This document shows, piece by piece, positions 9,392 through 18,039 of a DNA stretch of 32,000 nucleotides. The DNA comes from Cylindrospermopsis raciborskii Cr2010 (lineage in GTDB: Bacteria; Cyanobacteriota; Cyanobacteriia; Cyanobacteriales; Nostocaceae): assembly GCF_003367075.2 (NCBI RefSeq), contig NZ_CP065936.1, positions 2,040,001 to 2,072,000 on the forward strand, written 5' to 3'. A program made the position numbers and the translations under genes. The notes below the pieces were generated by a model. The model did not search any database and was not told where the DNA came from. It saw only the letters and a list, made by a program, of their open reading frames with translations. Every line of letters starts with the position of its first letter. The stretch's first letter is position 1.

Positions 9392-10174
9392 CTAAGGTGA
9401 TGTTACTGGCTTAATGTTTTTGGCTTTGTAGAAGGTTTCTAAACTATCTCTATCTCCTACAAAGCGCCAATGCCATGGTTCGTAACTTACACCTTGAAGA
9501 TTATCCCGAGGAAAGGATAATTCAAAGCCAAAACGAGCAGCATTAGATTGTAACCATGTAAATGCTTTTGTACTTTCAAAGATAGGACTGAGATTGGTTG
9601 CCGGTACTGCTCCATCACCAATATCCACAGCATAACCAGTATGGTGTTCACTGTAACCAGGAGGGGCACTAAGTGCTGCTCTTTCTGCTGGAGTTTGATT
9701 GCGTTGGGCACCTACGTCAAAGAACAGTTGTTGTTGTTCTTCGATGGAACGAAAACCGGAAATAGGTACTAGGATTACGCCTGCACTCCTAGCTGATTGT
9801 ACCATGGCTTGAAATTTTTGAGCAGCACTCCGCCGCATATTAATTTTTCCATCAGCTGTGATAGGAGTTAGCTCTTCTAATGATGCTTCTTTATAGGCTA
9901 AATGTCCCAATACTGCATTGTTACTTGATGTGTTGGATGGGGTGGATGTAAGAGGTGTTGATTGAGTATCAGTATTTTTTTTAGGTGCAGTAATAAAGAA
10001 TAAGAAACCACTACCTACAGCCATGATAGCAAATCCTAGGACCCCACCAACTATTAAAATCAGAGGTTTTAAGCCCGTGGAAGACCTCTTCTCCGCAGTA
10101 TCCCGTAAAGCGGCCGGAATATCATCGTTTGACAATAAGTTTTCGGGATTTCCCGGAAGTCCACCATTTTTCAA
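9392..10174 (-). CDS. D-alanyl-D-alanine carboxypeptidase, VanY/peptidase M15B family, with an N-terminal membrane anchor
   Basis: Complete ORF. One TM segment (LILIVGGVLGFAIMAVGSGFLFFI). Motifs SGFRSIEEQQQLF, PGYSEHHTGYAVDI and EPWHWRF are typical of VanY/M15 zinc peptidases. Confidence 0.85.
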   Translation of the reverse strand: MKNGGLPGNPENLLSNDDIPAALRDTAEKRSSTGLKPLILIVGGVLGFAIMAVGSGFLFFITAPKKNTDTQSTPLTSTPSNTSSNNAVLGHLAYKEASLEELTPITADGKINMRRSAAQKFQAMVQSARSAGVILVPISGFRSIEEQQQLFFDVGAQRNQTPAERAALSAPPGYSEHHTGYAVDIGDGAVPATNLSPIFESTKAFTWLQSNAARFGFELSFPRDNLQGVSYEPWHWRFVGDRDSLETFYKAKNIKPVTSP

Positions 10175-10276
10175 GTTTCTACTCCTGTTTAACCAAAAGA
10201 ATAGGGTGCGCCCCTTCTAGGAAGGCTTTTCCTGGTTTCTAGTATATAGCCGCCAGAATGCTATTTACCACTAATT

Positions 10277-10660
10277 TTAGGTTCTAATCACAACCGTGGA
10301 AATTCCAATAATTTCATCATCTTTTGTACCTAGTATATAAGCATGGACCTCTTTGTCACCAATTTCATACACTTTTGCTTCAGCCAAATTGTTTTTTAAA
10401 ACAAGTACAAGGCCTTCAAATCTCTTGGCTAGATTTCGTTCCTCCTCTTCATACCAATCTTCCTGTTTTGTGACTCCCTGAAAAAAATCATCAATGGTCA
10501 CGGTTCTAACATTACCTATAATACCAGTTTTTTGTTGAATAGTAGTTTCATTGAGATTAAAAAATTCCCAACAGACCACATTAAAAGGATATTCAGACTC
10601 ACTGGACATAAACAAGCCCTCTGTGGTTTGTTTTAGTAGGTCAGTTAATGATTTGCTCAT
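10277..10660 (-). CDS. nuiA: Nuclease A inhibitor (NuiA)-like protein
   Basis: ORF 10277..10705. I prefer the internal start MSKSLTDLLKQ... at 10660, because the longer ORF abuts the tRNA. LFMSSESEYPF...IDDFF...QEDWYEEEE...LAKRFEGL...AKVYEIG...HAYILG...GISTVVIRT closely matches my recollection of Anabaena NuiA. Confidence 0.75.
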   Translation of the reverse strand: MSKSLTDLLKQTTEGLFMSSESEYPFNVVCWEFFNLNETTIQQKTGIIGNVRTVTIDDFFQGVTKQEDWYEEEERNLAKRFEGLVLVLKNNLAEAKVYEIGDKEVHAYILGTKDDEIIGISTVVIRT

Positions 10661-10706
10661 TTTATTGATTGCTTGCCACTGATTTACCATAACACCAAAT
10701 AACAAA

Positions 10707-10778
<72 letters not shown>

Positions 10779-10869
10779 GCACTGCTAGTTTTTTTCATAT
10801 TATTTATAGTATCATATTCTTTTATGAATTGCACCACATTCCCCAAAATTTTTTTTGGAAATTAGCATT

Positions 10870-11289
10870 ATGGCTCCACTACCAGATTACCGTCCTAAAC
10901 AATTATCTGTCGGACCTTTAGAAGCAGAAATTCTGGGCATCGTTTGGGATCTAGGCTCGGCTACAGTTAAGGACGTACATGACTTGATTCTGGGTGACCC
11001 AGATCGTGAACTAGCTTATACTTCCGTCACTACTGTTCTACGTCGTCTCACAGAAAAGGGTTGGTTGGCCTGTGATAAACAAGGAAAAGCATTCTATTGG
11101 CGACCACTGGTCACTAAGGAACAGGCAGAAATGATTAGGGCGCATGAACATTTACAACGGTTTTTGGCTGTGGGTAATCCTGATGTGGTAGCCGCCTTTG
11201 CTGACAGTTTAGACGAAGCAGCTAGTAAACAAATTCAGGCGATCGCTCAGAGGATTCAATCTGCACGCCAGGCTAGAGGAGATAAATAA
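10870..11289 (+). CDS. BlaI/MecI/CopY-family transcriptional repressor
   Basis: The track ORF starts at 10855 (TTG); ATG at 10870 is more likely. The winged-helix segment LSVGPLEAEILGIVWDLGSATVKDVHDLI...YTSVTTVLRRLTEKGWL is typical of the family. Its stop lies 4 nt before the M56 peptidase gene. Confidence 0.85.
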   Translation: MAPLPDYRPKQLSVGPLEAEILGIVWDLGSATVKDVHDLILGDPDRELAYTSVTTVLRRLTEKGWLACDKQGKAFYWRPLVTKEQAEMIRAHEHLQRFLAVGNPDVVAAFADSLDEAASKQIQAIAQRIQSARQARGDK

Positions 11290-11293
11290 GGTT

Positions 11294-12148
11294 ATGCATC
11301 TACTAATGCTGATCACAGCTGTCACAATTGCCTACACCTTGCGATATTCTGCCTATATACCGCAAGGAAATTGGCATCTGAGGTGGAGCAGGACTTTATT
11401 TTTCTTCCTTTTCCCCCCGTTGTTGATTTTGATGACGGTGATGGCCGTGGTCTGTATGGGAACCCAGGGTCAAATGGTGGGAATATATACAGATTATTTT
11501 AGCTATGTTTTAGGTTGGTTGTTTCTAGGATTTTTAGTTTTTGTAGCTTTAAAACTGGCTTGGCAAGGCTGGCAATCATTAAAGTCTGCCCGTGAATGTC
11601 CCACCATCAATCTCACAGGCCAATCAGCCAGATTGCTACCTACCTCTGCTCTATTTGCAGGACAAATTGGTTTTTGGTCTCCTGAACTAGTGGTGAGTCA
11701 GGGACTATTAAAACATCTTTCTCCGGAACAATTAGAGAGTGTTCTAGCCCATGAACAGGGACATTATAGTTATAGAGACACTTTTTGTTTCTTTTGGCTG
11801 GGTTGGATTCGTTCCTGTAGTGCTTGCTTACCTAACACAGAACCTTTATGGCAAGAGCTATTGATGTTGCGAGAACTGAGGGCTGACAGTTATGCTGCTG
11901 CTCGCGTAGACCCCCTTGTACTGGCTGAGTCTCTACTATTAGTGGTAAGCAGTCAACCATTGGCATGGGATATATGTTGTGCAGCACTAAGCTCCTCTAA
12001 AGTTGATAGGTTGGAGCAGAGAATAGATGCTTTGTTATTTCCCTTAGAACCTAACTGGCCAGAATGGGATTTAAAATCAAAATTACATTACTGGCGAGTT
12101 TTTGCTTTAGCTCTTTTACCTTTAGTAACTGTTTTTTTCCACAGTTAG
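11294..12148 (+). CDS. BlaR1-like M56-family membrane metallopeptidase, without a C-terminal penicillin-binding sensor domain
   Basis: Complete ORF, 284 aa. Several TM segments. HExxH motif in VLAHEQGHYSYRD. Paired with the BlaI-like gene. The protein ends shortly after the last TM, so there is no room for a sensor domain. Confidence 0.8.
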   Translation: MHLLMLITAVTIAYTLRYSAYIPQGNWHLRWSRTLFFFLFPPLLILMTVMAVVCMGTQGQMVGIYTDYFSYVLGWLFLGFLVFVALKLAWQGWQSLKSARECPTINLTGQSARLLPTSALFAGQIGFWSPELVVSQGLLKHLSPEQLESVLAHEQGHYSYRDTFCFFWLGWIRSCSACLPNTEPLWQELLMLRELRADSYAAARVDPLVLAESLLLVVSSQPLAWDICCAALSSSKVDRLEQRIDALLFPLEPNWPEWDLKSKLHYWRVFALALLPLVTVFFHS

Positions 12149-12160
12149 ATCATGAGCTAT

Positions 12161-12262
12161 TATGAGACAACTAACTGATACCCAACCTCCTCAATTAATT
12201 GAGCAATCCGACCACCAGGATGAAAGGTAGCGTTATCAACAATCACCCACGTAGCAATAGAT
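12161..12262 (-). mobile_element. IS630-family (DDE) transposase C-terminal remnant
   Basis: The minus-strand translation is SIATWVIVDNATFHPGGRIAQLIEEVGYQLVVS*. [VI]xDNAxFH....LIE..G..L is the characteristic region around the second catalytic D of IS630/Tc1-like transposases. It stops before the expected PPYSPDLNPIE, and there is no upstream ORF. Confidence 0.55.
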
Positions 12263-12299
12263 TTTCGTGGGTTGAGTTTAATAACTCAATATATCCCGT

Positions 12300-12410
12300 G
12301 GGTTTGTTGGGTTTCGCACTCCTCAACCCAACCTACAAAGGGGACTCAAAAGACCAATTGCCTAGGAGTATTGCACAAAGCACAAATAGGTTGGGTTTCG
12401 TTCCGCCAAC
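12300..12410. repeat. Short dispersed-repeat-like hairpin elements (GTTGGGTTTCG... AACCCAAC)
   Basis: GTTGGGTTTCG occurs at 12307-12317 and again at 12390-12400. The first copy forms an 8-bp hairpin, GTTGGGTT(12307-12314)/AACCCAAC(12326-12333). The second pairs GTTGG/CCAAC. They sit next to the IS630 scar, between convergent genes. Confidence 0.5.
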
Positions 12411-12634
12411 TAACTAGTTGTCTCCAATTCACTCTCTCTTAAATGGGCTTTGAACTTTTTGCTAAACTGGACTAGAATGGGGAAGTTAGCACTCACTGGT
12501 CTACCTTGCCATTGGGTAACAATGGCGGAAATTTCACCTTCCGCACCCTTAATGTCAAACCCCTGACCTTTATTTTCCGGGTGGTGGTAAACTATCACCG
12601 ACTCTTTTACACGCACGCGATCGCCAATCTTCAT
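12410..12634 (-). CDS. ftrV: Ferredoxin-thioredoxin reductase variable chain
   Basis: The complete 74-aa ORF is MKIGDRVRVKESVIVYHHPENKGQGFDIKGAEGEISAIVTQWQGRPVSANFPILVQFSKKFKAHLRESELE. It closely matches my recollection of the cyanobacterial FtrV pattern (GDRVRV..SV.VYHHPE...EGEV..V...WQGRP.SAN.P.LV.F..RFKAH). Confidence 0.85.
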   Translation of the reverse strand: MKIGDRVRVKESVIVYHHPENKGQGFDIKGAEGEISAIVTQWQGRPVSANFPILVQFSKKFKAHLRESELETTS

Positions 12635-12721
12635 AGTGAGTATTTGTACTTAAATTTTATTGAGCATGTATTTTGCTTGTCTGATTTTACCATATCTAGT
12701 CTGTTCCAATAAAGGAGTATA

Positions 12722-14698
12722 TTACTGTTTGAGGCAGAATTGTTGGAGTTTTTCGGGGAGTTGTTGACAAATCTGGTTCCAGGCGCGGGGTTGAAATTCT
12801 CTCCAGGTCCATAAATAAATGCCTCCACTTCCCAAGAAAAGAACAAACAAACCAATGACCAGCTTAACCAAATAATGAGAATGCTTATGGGAGTTGGTTT
12901 TTTCCGTGGTTGTGGAACCTTCTAGGGTTAAATTTAAATCTAGTGGATCCGGTGAGTTTACTGCCAGAGAGTCTATTATATATGCTTGTAGTTGGGGTAT
13001 TTCACTTTCTGGTTCCAGCACAGTAATTAATAATTCTTCTGGTTCCTGCACTTCCAATCCGTTTTCCGCAGGTGGAGTGACTATTAAGTGAGCTTGGTTA
13101 CGGAAAAGACTAACCACAACTGATATATTATCCCGACCGTTTTTTTCGTTAGCTAGTTCCACCCATTTATGCACCGCATCCTCCACCGTGATTTTACCTG
13201 TTAACAGAGGAATGACCTGGTCTTGCCAAGATTTTTCCACCCAGTCATGATCGCTTAAACCATCTGAACAAAGTAATAAAACTCCATCCTCCTCTAAAAT
13301 AAACCTCTCGATATTAAACTCTAGGGATTCTGCTTCCTTGGTGCCCAGTGCTTGAGTAAGAGCATTGGAATGGGGACTTGTCATAGCATGACGGTACAAA
13401 CTTTTGCCAGAAGAGACTATTTTAGTTGCCATGTCATCATCTATAGTCAACAATTGACAATAGTGGGGAGTAATCCAATAGGCACGACTATCACCAATAC
13501 TAGCTAGATAAAGTTCGTGTCCATTGTCTGATTCCCATCCTGTATTAGTGGTAACCGGTTGTGGTAATTGTATAGCCATTAGTAGAGTTGTAGCCATACG
13601 TTCCCTACCTTGGCGATTTTGTTCGTCATTACAAGACCAAATCATATTATTAACCACCCGCAGACTAGCTGCTAGTTGTTGTTGCAACAAATCTGGTGTT
13701 AACAGTTCCGTTTGCTCTGCTATATCTTGTAACCAAGCACGAATTTGTAATTTTGCCGATTGTACAGCCAATTGACTGGCAACCTCCCCACCTTCATGAC
13801 CACCAACACCGTCACAAACTATTAAGAGGTGTTCTTTTAAATAGTTATCCAAATCAGTGTATTGACTGGGATAGCAAGTGTCCTCATTGTGTTGCATAAT
13901 TGGGCCTTTATCTGTAAGGCCAGCAACTGTTACCATCAGAGGTAATTCCCCAGCAGATGCGAGCAATAAGTTATTTAATTCATGACTAATAGTTTCCATC
14001 TGTGTATCTGGCTGACACATCTCTTGAATAAGCATACCTAATTTAGGGGCAATTTCAGCCTTAGCAGCTATTACCCATGACTGCCAAGATTGCCCTAAAT
14101 CCTGTAGAGTAAATGTGCTTGTAGTTGAAGGCAATTCCAATAATTTGACACACCAACCTTCCACAAAGATATTCTCGGGTGATAATAAGCTAGCTGCTAA
14201 CCCCATTTGTGATAGTGGTTTCCATAGCTCTAGGATTTGCCACAACCAGTATAATTGCCTAACTGCTTTAGCCTGTTCCCAAACTGTGGTAATAATCGGG
14301 TAAAGATTACCATTAGTATCAATAGGCGCATTTTCGAATAAGATAATCTCATGGTTTCTATTATCCTCAGTGTTGTCTCCAAAAACAACAATCCCATAAG
14401 GTTGGGGTATGTGTAATCGCTCCCGATATAACTTGAGATAGGGAATGACGGATTGTGGCAATTGTGATGGTGCTTCTGGGGTCTTTCCTGGTTGGGTATC
14501 TAACCAGATCTGTTCTGTAATTACCTCATATCTATTGGCAACTTTTGTTCCCGAGGATATATTTGCCGCATCCTTGGCCCATAAATATCGGTACACTAGA
14601 GGTGTTTGACAGCTTTGACAAATGCGATCTCCCAGATAATTGGTGGGGTTTTCGCAATGGGGACTAGTACAATAAATGATTCGTTCGTTATAATGCAT
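12722..14698 (-). CDS. PP2C (PPM-type) Ser/Thr phosphatase with an N-terminal Cys4 zinc-ribbon-like motif, a long middle domain and a C-terminal TM anchor
   Basis: Complete 658-aa ORF. The N-terminus is CTSPHCENPTNYLGDRICQSCQTPL. PP2C motifs are LIVCDGVGGHEGGEVASQLAV, LLLCSDGLSDH and NGRDNISVVVSLF. The C-terminal hydrophobic segment is LVKLVIGLFVLFLGSGGIYLW. Confidence 0.85.
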   Translation of the reverse strand: MHYNERIIYCTSPHCENPTNYLGDRICQSCQTPLVYRYLWAKDAANISSGTKVANRYEVITEQIWLDTQPGKTPEAPSQLPQSVIPYLKLYRERLHIPQPYGIVVFGDNTEDNRNHEIILFENAPIDTNGNLYPIITTVWEQAKAVRQLYWLWQILELWKPLSQMGLAASLLSPENIFVEGWCVKLLELPSTTSTFTLQDLGQSWQSWVIAAKAEIAPKLGMLIQEMCQPDTQMETISHELNNLLLASAGELPLMVTVAGLTDKGPIMQHNEDTCYPSQYTDLDNYLKEHLLIVCDGVGGHEGGEVASQLAVQSAKLQIRAWLQDIAEQTELLTPDLLQQQLAASLRVVNNMIWSCNDEQNRQGRERMATTLLMAIQLPQPVTTNTGWESDNGHELYLASIGDSRAYWITPHYCQLLTIDDDMATKIVSSGKSLYRHAMTSPHSNALTQALGTKEAESLEFNIERFILEEDGVLLLCSDGLSDHDWVEKSWQDQVIPLLTGKITVEDAVHKWVELANEKNGRDNISVVVSLFRNQAHLIVTPPAENGLEVQEPEELLITVLEPESEIPQLQAYIIDSLAVNSPDPLDLNLTLEGSTTTEKTNSHKHSHYLVKLVIGLFVLFLGSGGIYLWTWREFQPRAWNQICQQLPEKLQQFCLKQ

Positions 14699-14884
14699 AA
14701 AGGTTAACTTTTTTAAAACTTAAACAAAAATCCGTATGAATCAACACGGGTTAACGTAAAGTTCAATTAAGTTTAGATGTCAACAATTGCAACAATTCTA
14801 GTTAGAGAATAAAATAGACTTATCCTCTTTGTTACTAACTTGTTACTTAATTGAATTATTAACCTAGTCTCTGTAAACGGACTC

Positions 14885-15319
14885 ATGCAAAATTTTACTG
14901 CAATCTGGTTGTTGCTGGGCATAATTCTGTGTGTTATGGAACTGCTGTTACCAACAGCTTTTGTGCAATTGTTGATGGGGATTAGTGCCCTACTGGTAGC
15001 AGGACTTTCTCTTTTAGGTTTAAGTAATTTATTCCTGCAAGTGATTGTTTGGCTGACACTTTCTAGTTTTTTAACTATCTTTTCCCGTAGGTTTTTTGCG
15101 GTAAGGCAAACCAAATCAAAAATTCTTACTAGTACCGTAGGTGAGACCATGACAGAAATTTTACCTGGTAAGGTAGGGAGGGTTCTGTACGAAGGTAATT
15201 CTTGGCGAGGTAGATGTGATGATGATAAACTTACCATACCTCCTGGTCAAAAAGTTTATGTGGTGGCCAGGGAAGGGACTACCCTAATTGTGATGCCAGA
15301 AAACGTTTTAGACCACTAG
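14885..15319 (+). CDS. NfeD-family membrane protein
   Basis: Complete 144-aa ORF. It has two or three TM helices, then an OB-fold-like tail (GRVLYEGNSWRGRCDDD...GQKVYVVAREGTTLIVMP). It lies directly upstream of an SPFH gene, which is the classic nfeD-stomatin arrangement. Confidence 0.8.
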   Translation: MQNFTAIWLLLGIILCVMELLLPTAFVQLLMGISALLVAGLSLLGLSNLFLQVIVWLTLSSFLTIFSRRFFAVRQTKSKILTSTVGETMTEILPGKVGRVLYEGNSWRGRCDDDKLTIPPGQKVYVVAREGTTLIVMPENVLDH

Positions 15320-15381
15320 CTTTGAAAAAGGAGAGATTAGTCTATCACGGATAATATAGTATTTTAACGGAGGTTAGAAAA

Positions 15382-16353
15382 ATGGAGCAGTTTTTATTAT
15401 TACTGGGATTGGTTTTTGGTGCTGGTGCTGTGATGAAGTGTGTTAGAGTGATAAACCAGGGTGATGAAGCTTTAGTAGAAACTCTAGGAAGTTATAAGAG
15501 GAAATTGGAGCCTGGACTAAACTTGATTAATCCTTTGTTGGATAACGTAGTTTATAAGCAAACTATTCGAGAGAAAGTTTTAGATATTCCTCCTCAGCAG
15601 TGTATTACCCGTGACAATGTTTCTATTACTGTTGATGCTGTGGTGTATTGGCGAATAGTTGATATGGAAAAAGCCTACTATAAGGTAGAGAACCTACAGT
15701 CAGCTATGGTGAATCTGGTACTGACTCAAATTCGTGCTGAAATGGGACAGCTGGAATTAGATCAGACCTTCACAGCAAGAACTCAAATTAACGAGATTCT
15801 GTTGAGGGATTTAGATATTGCTACTGACCCTTGGGGAGTGAAGGTAACAAGGGTGGAATTAAGGGATATTATCCCATCCAAAGCTGTGCAAGAATCAATG
15901 GAATTACAAATGTCCGCAGAAAGAAAGAAACGAGCAGCCATTTTGACATCGGAGGGAGACCGAGAATCAGCGGTTAACAGTGCTAGGGGTAAAGCAGATG
16001 CTCAGATATTAGATGCGGAAGCACGACAAAAGGCTGTAATATTGCAGGCAGAAGCAGAACAAAAGGCGATTGTTTTAAGAGCGCAAGCGGAAAGACAACA
16101 ACAGGTGTTAAAAGCACAAGCAATTGCAGAATCAGCTGAAATTATTGCCCAGAGAATGCAAGCTAATCCAGAAGCCCATAAAGCTTTAGAGGTTTTATTC
16201 GCCTTGGGTTATTTGGATATGGGGGTGAGCATTGGTAAAAGCAATAGCAGTAAGGTGATGTTTATGGATCCCCGAACTATTCCTGCAACTTTGGAGGGAA
16301 TTCGGTCAATTGTTGGTGATGTGAACGATGTAGGAGATTCGAACAAGTTATAA
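15382..16353 (+). CDS. SPFH/Band-7 (stomatin/slipin-like) protein
   Basis: Complete 323-aa ORF. GGAGG lies 8 nt upstream of the ATG. It has an N-terminal TM, an SPFH core ([16 protein letters not shown]...[20 protein letters not shown]...TRVELRDI) and an A/E/Q-rich coiled coil. Confidence 0.9.
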   Translation: MEQFLLLLGLVFGAGAVMKCVRVINQGDEALVETLGSYKRKLEPGLNLINPLLDNVVYKQTIREKVLDIPPQQCITRDNVSITVDAVVYWRIVDMEKAYYKVENLQSAMVNLVLTQIRAEMGQLELDQTFTARTQINEILLRDLDIATDPWGVKVTRVELRDIIPSKAVQESMELQMSAERKKRAAILTSEGDRESAVNSARGKADAQILDAEARQKAVILQAEAEQKAIVLRAQAERQQQVLKAQAIAESAEIIAQRMQANPEAHKALEVLFALGYLDMGVSIGKSNSSKVMFMDPRTIPATLEGIRSIVGDVNDVGDSNKL

Positions 16354-16370
16354 AACTTTTGTTTGTTGTT

Positions 16371-16749
16371 TTATATTTCTTGACACTTATTGCACAAACC
16401 AAAAAACTCTAAGGTATGATAAAAAACCTTAAAGTTGGCGGACTGACTTAAAATCGCTTAACGTATTTGACAACTGATGAACAGGGATAGGAAAATACCA
16501 CATTGTAAGCAAGTTAGATGATGCTTGGTCTTGTTGAGCTAAGCTATAAAGAGACTCACCATTTGATGTTGCCCTGACTTAAATTTCTTCTAGTTTCAGA
16601 AATTCCAAAGCGCGGTAAACTGTGGCTAAACCTATACTTTGATTCTGATTGTGTAATTTATGTACATGTCTTGGGCTGAAATACCTTGTTTAATGCTTCC
16701 CAGTAGGGTTAATATATGCGATCTTGACTATGGCATGGATAGCTTTCAT
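16371..16749 (-). pseudogene. Fur-family (FurB/Zur-like) regulator, frameshifted pseudogene
   Basis: Diagnostic peptides on the minus strand are split over different frames: GISAQDMYI, then KLHNQNQSIGLATVYRALEFLKLEE, NGESLYSLAQQD, HLTCLQCG, and FYHTLEFFGLCNKCQEI* (stop at 16373..16371). No ORF of 60 aa or more is present in the track. Confidence 0.75.
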
Positions 16750-16885
16750 AGTAGTTTTAGACTTTAGATTAAAACTTACGCCTATGAGATAAATTTCACC
16801 TTGTATTTACCGAGGGGCTAATTTTTCTTGAAATAGAACCTAAAAAGGTATAGGATAACCATTTACACCATTTAGCTAAATTTTA

Positions 16886-17172
16886 ATGCAAGAAGTATAT
16901 CGCCAAAATTTTCGTTACCCTTCGTCCTTCAGTTCTGATCCTGCTGGGGTAGCTGTACAAATCTGGGCTTTAGGGGCAGTTAGGATATGAAAATGTAGAA
17001 CAAGTGCGTATTGGTAAGTATATAGAACTTACTCTAGTTTGCCCAGATGAGGCTAAAGCTCGTAACAGCTTGCTAGAACAATATGTGCGAGCAAATGTTG
17101 GTATAATACAGTGATAGAAACTATCGCTTTGAATTGATTGAAGTAGAATCCCAAACCGTGTTTTCTAATTAG
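16886..17172 (+). pseudogene. purS: purS (FGAM synthase PurS subunit) pseudogene
   Basis: From the ATG at 16886, fragments in shifting frames read YIAKIFVTLRPSVL.PAGVAVQ, LGYENVEQVRIGKYIELTL, DEAKAR and RFELIEVESQT. Several in-frame stops. No ORF in the track. Confidence 0.8.
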
Positions 17173-17256
17173 TAGATAATAGGTGGCGTTTAATAATAGC
17201 TATAGCCACCTATTGTAAACGGTCATTAACTTAGTTGAATTTTTATAAGGGTTGGT

Positions 17257-17906
17257 ATGAAATTCTAAGGTGTTTTAGTTTTCCAGGGTCGAACTGCGAT
17301 CGCGATGCAGCACGTTACCAGAGATATACTGGGACATACCACCCGCATGGTTTGGGCATCAGATCGAGATATCAGCGATATAGACGAATTATTATTCTGG
17401 TGGGCTTCTAGTTACGGGATTATTTATATAGGCGATCGCCCGGTTTTCTCCGGTGATGCAGGAAGTGGTAAACCATGCCAAAAAAGGTAAATTTGTCATC
17501 GGTATTTGTAATGGTTTTCAGGTATTAACTGAAGCCAACTTACTACTGGTGGGCTTTAAATCCAGAAAATGAGAACCTACATTTTACTATGATCGCATTT
17601 CTGCAAAGTGAGCGTAACAACTCACCTTGGACTCAGTGGATATGGGGATAAAGAAGTGATCACTCCTACCAATTGCCCATGGGGAGAAGATTTTATGCAC
17701 CAAGACACTTTTAGCAGCGATAGAAGATAATCAACAAGTATTGTTTAGGTGATGGAGAGAATCCTAATGGTTCGCTAAATAATACGTGGGTGCATTTGCA
17801 ATCGAGAGGGTATTGCATAGGGATGATGCCACACTCCAGAGAGAAGCAGCGGATCGCAATAGGGGGCATAGATGGTTTGCGATTGTTTGAGAGTTTGTCT
17901 AGATAG
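17257..17906 (+). pseudogene. purQ: purQ (FGAM synthase glutaminase subunit) pseudogene
   Basis: ATG AAA TTC TAA: the 4th codon (17266-17268) is a stop. Then [53 protein letters not shown] and DGLRLFESL are spread over all three frames. The only track ORF here is a 61-aa fragment (17305..17490). Confidence 0.85.
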
Positions 17907-18039
17907 GGCTGTGTACTTTTGAACTCCCTAGCTCTAAAGGATCCCAACCAGCCTAATCTTAGTACAAATACTTGACTAATTGATGTGATGTATAGTAGGA
18001 TTAACAACAGTAGGAAGAATATAAATACCATAGAAAATG

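Noticed and set aside
10794-10828. TTCATA-N22-TATGAA inverted repeat upstream of the BlaI-like gene as an operator
   Set aside because: The region is AT-rich, where 6-bp inverted repeats arise by chance, and it does not match the TACA/TGTA BlaI/MecI operator consensus. It is mentioned in a finding but not annotated as a feature.
12199-12417. 72-aa plus-strand ORF
   Set aside because: It runs antisense across the IS630 scar and through the hairpin repeats, and its translation has no protein-like features.
12631-12855. ORFs 12506..12712(+), 12631..12855(-), 12894..13091(+), 13524..13899(+) and 14115..14303(+)
   Set aside because: They overlap ftrV or the PP2C gene, either out of frame or antisense. 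The PP2C and FtrV readings are strongly supported by motifs.
14773-15237. 154-aa minus-strand ORF
   Set aside because: It is antisense to the NfeD gene, which has the expected TM-plus-OB architecture and the expected operon partner.
17711-18031. 106-aa minus-strand ORF
   Set aside because: It is mostly antisense to the 3' part of the purQ remnant, with a hydrophobic low-complexity translation. It is a by-product of decay.
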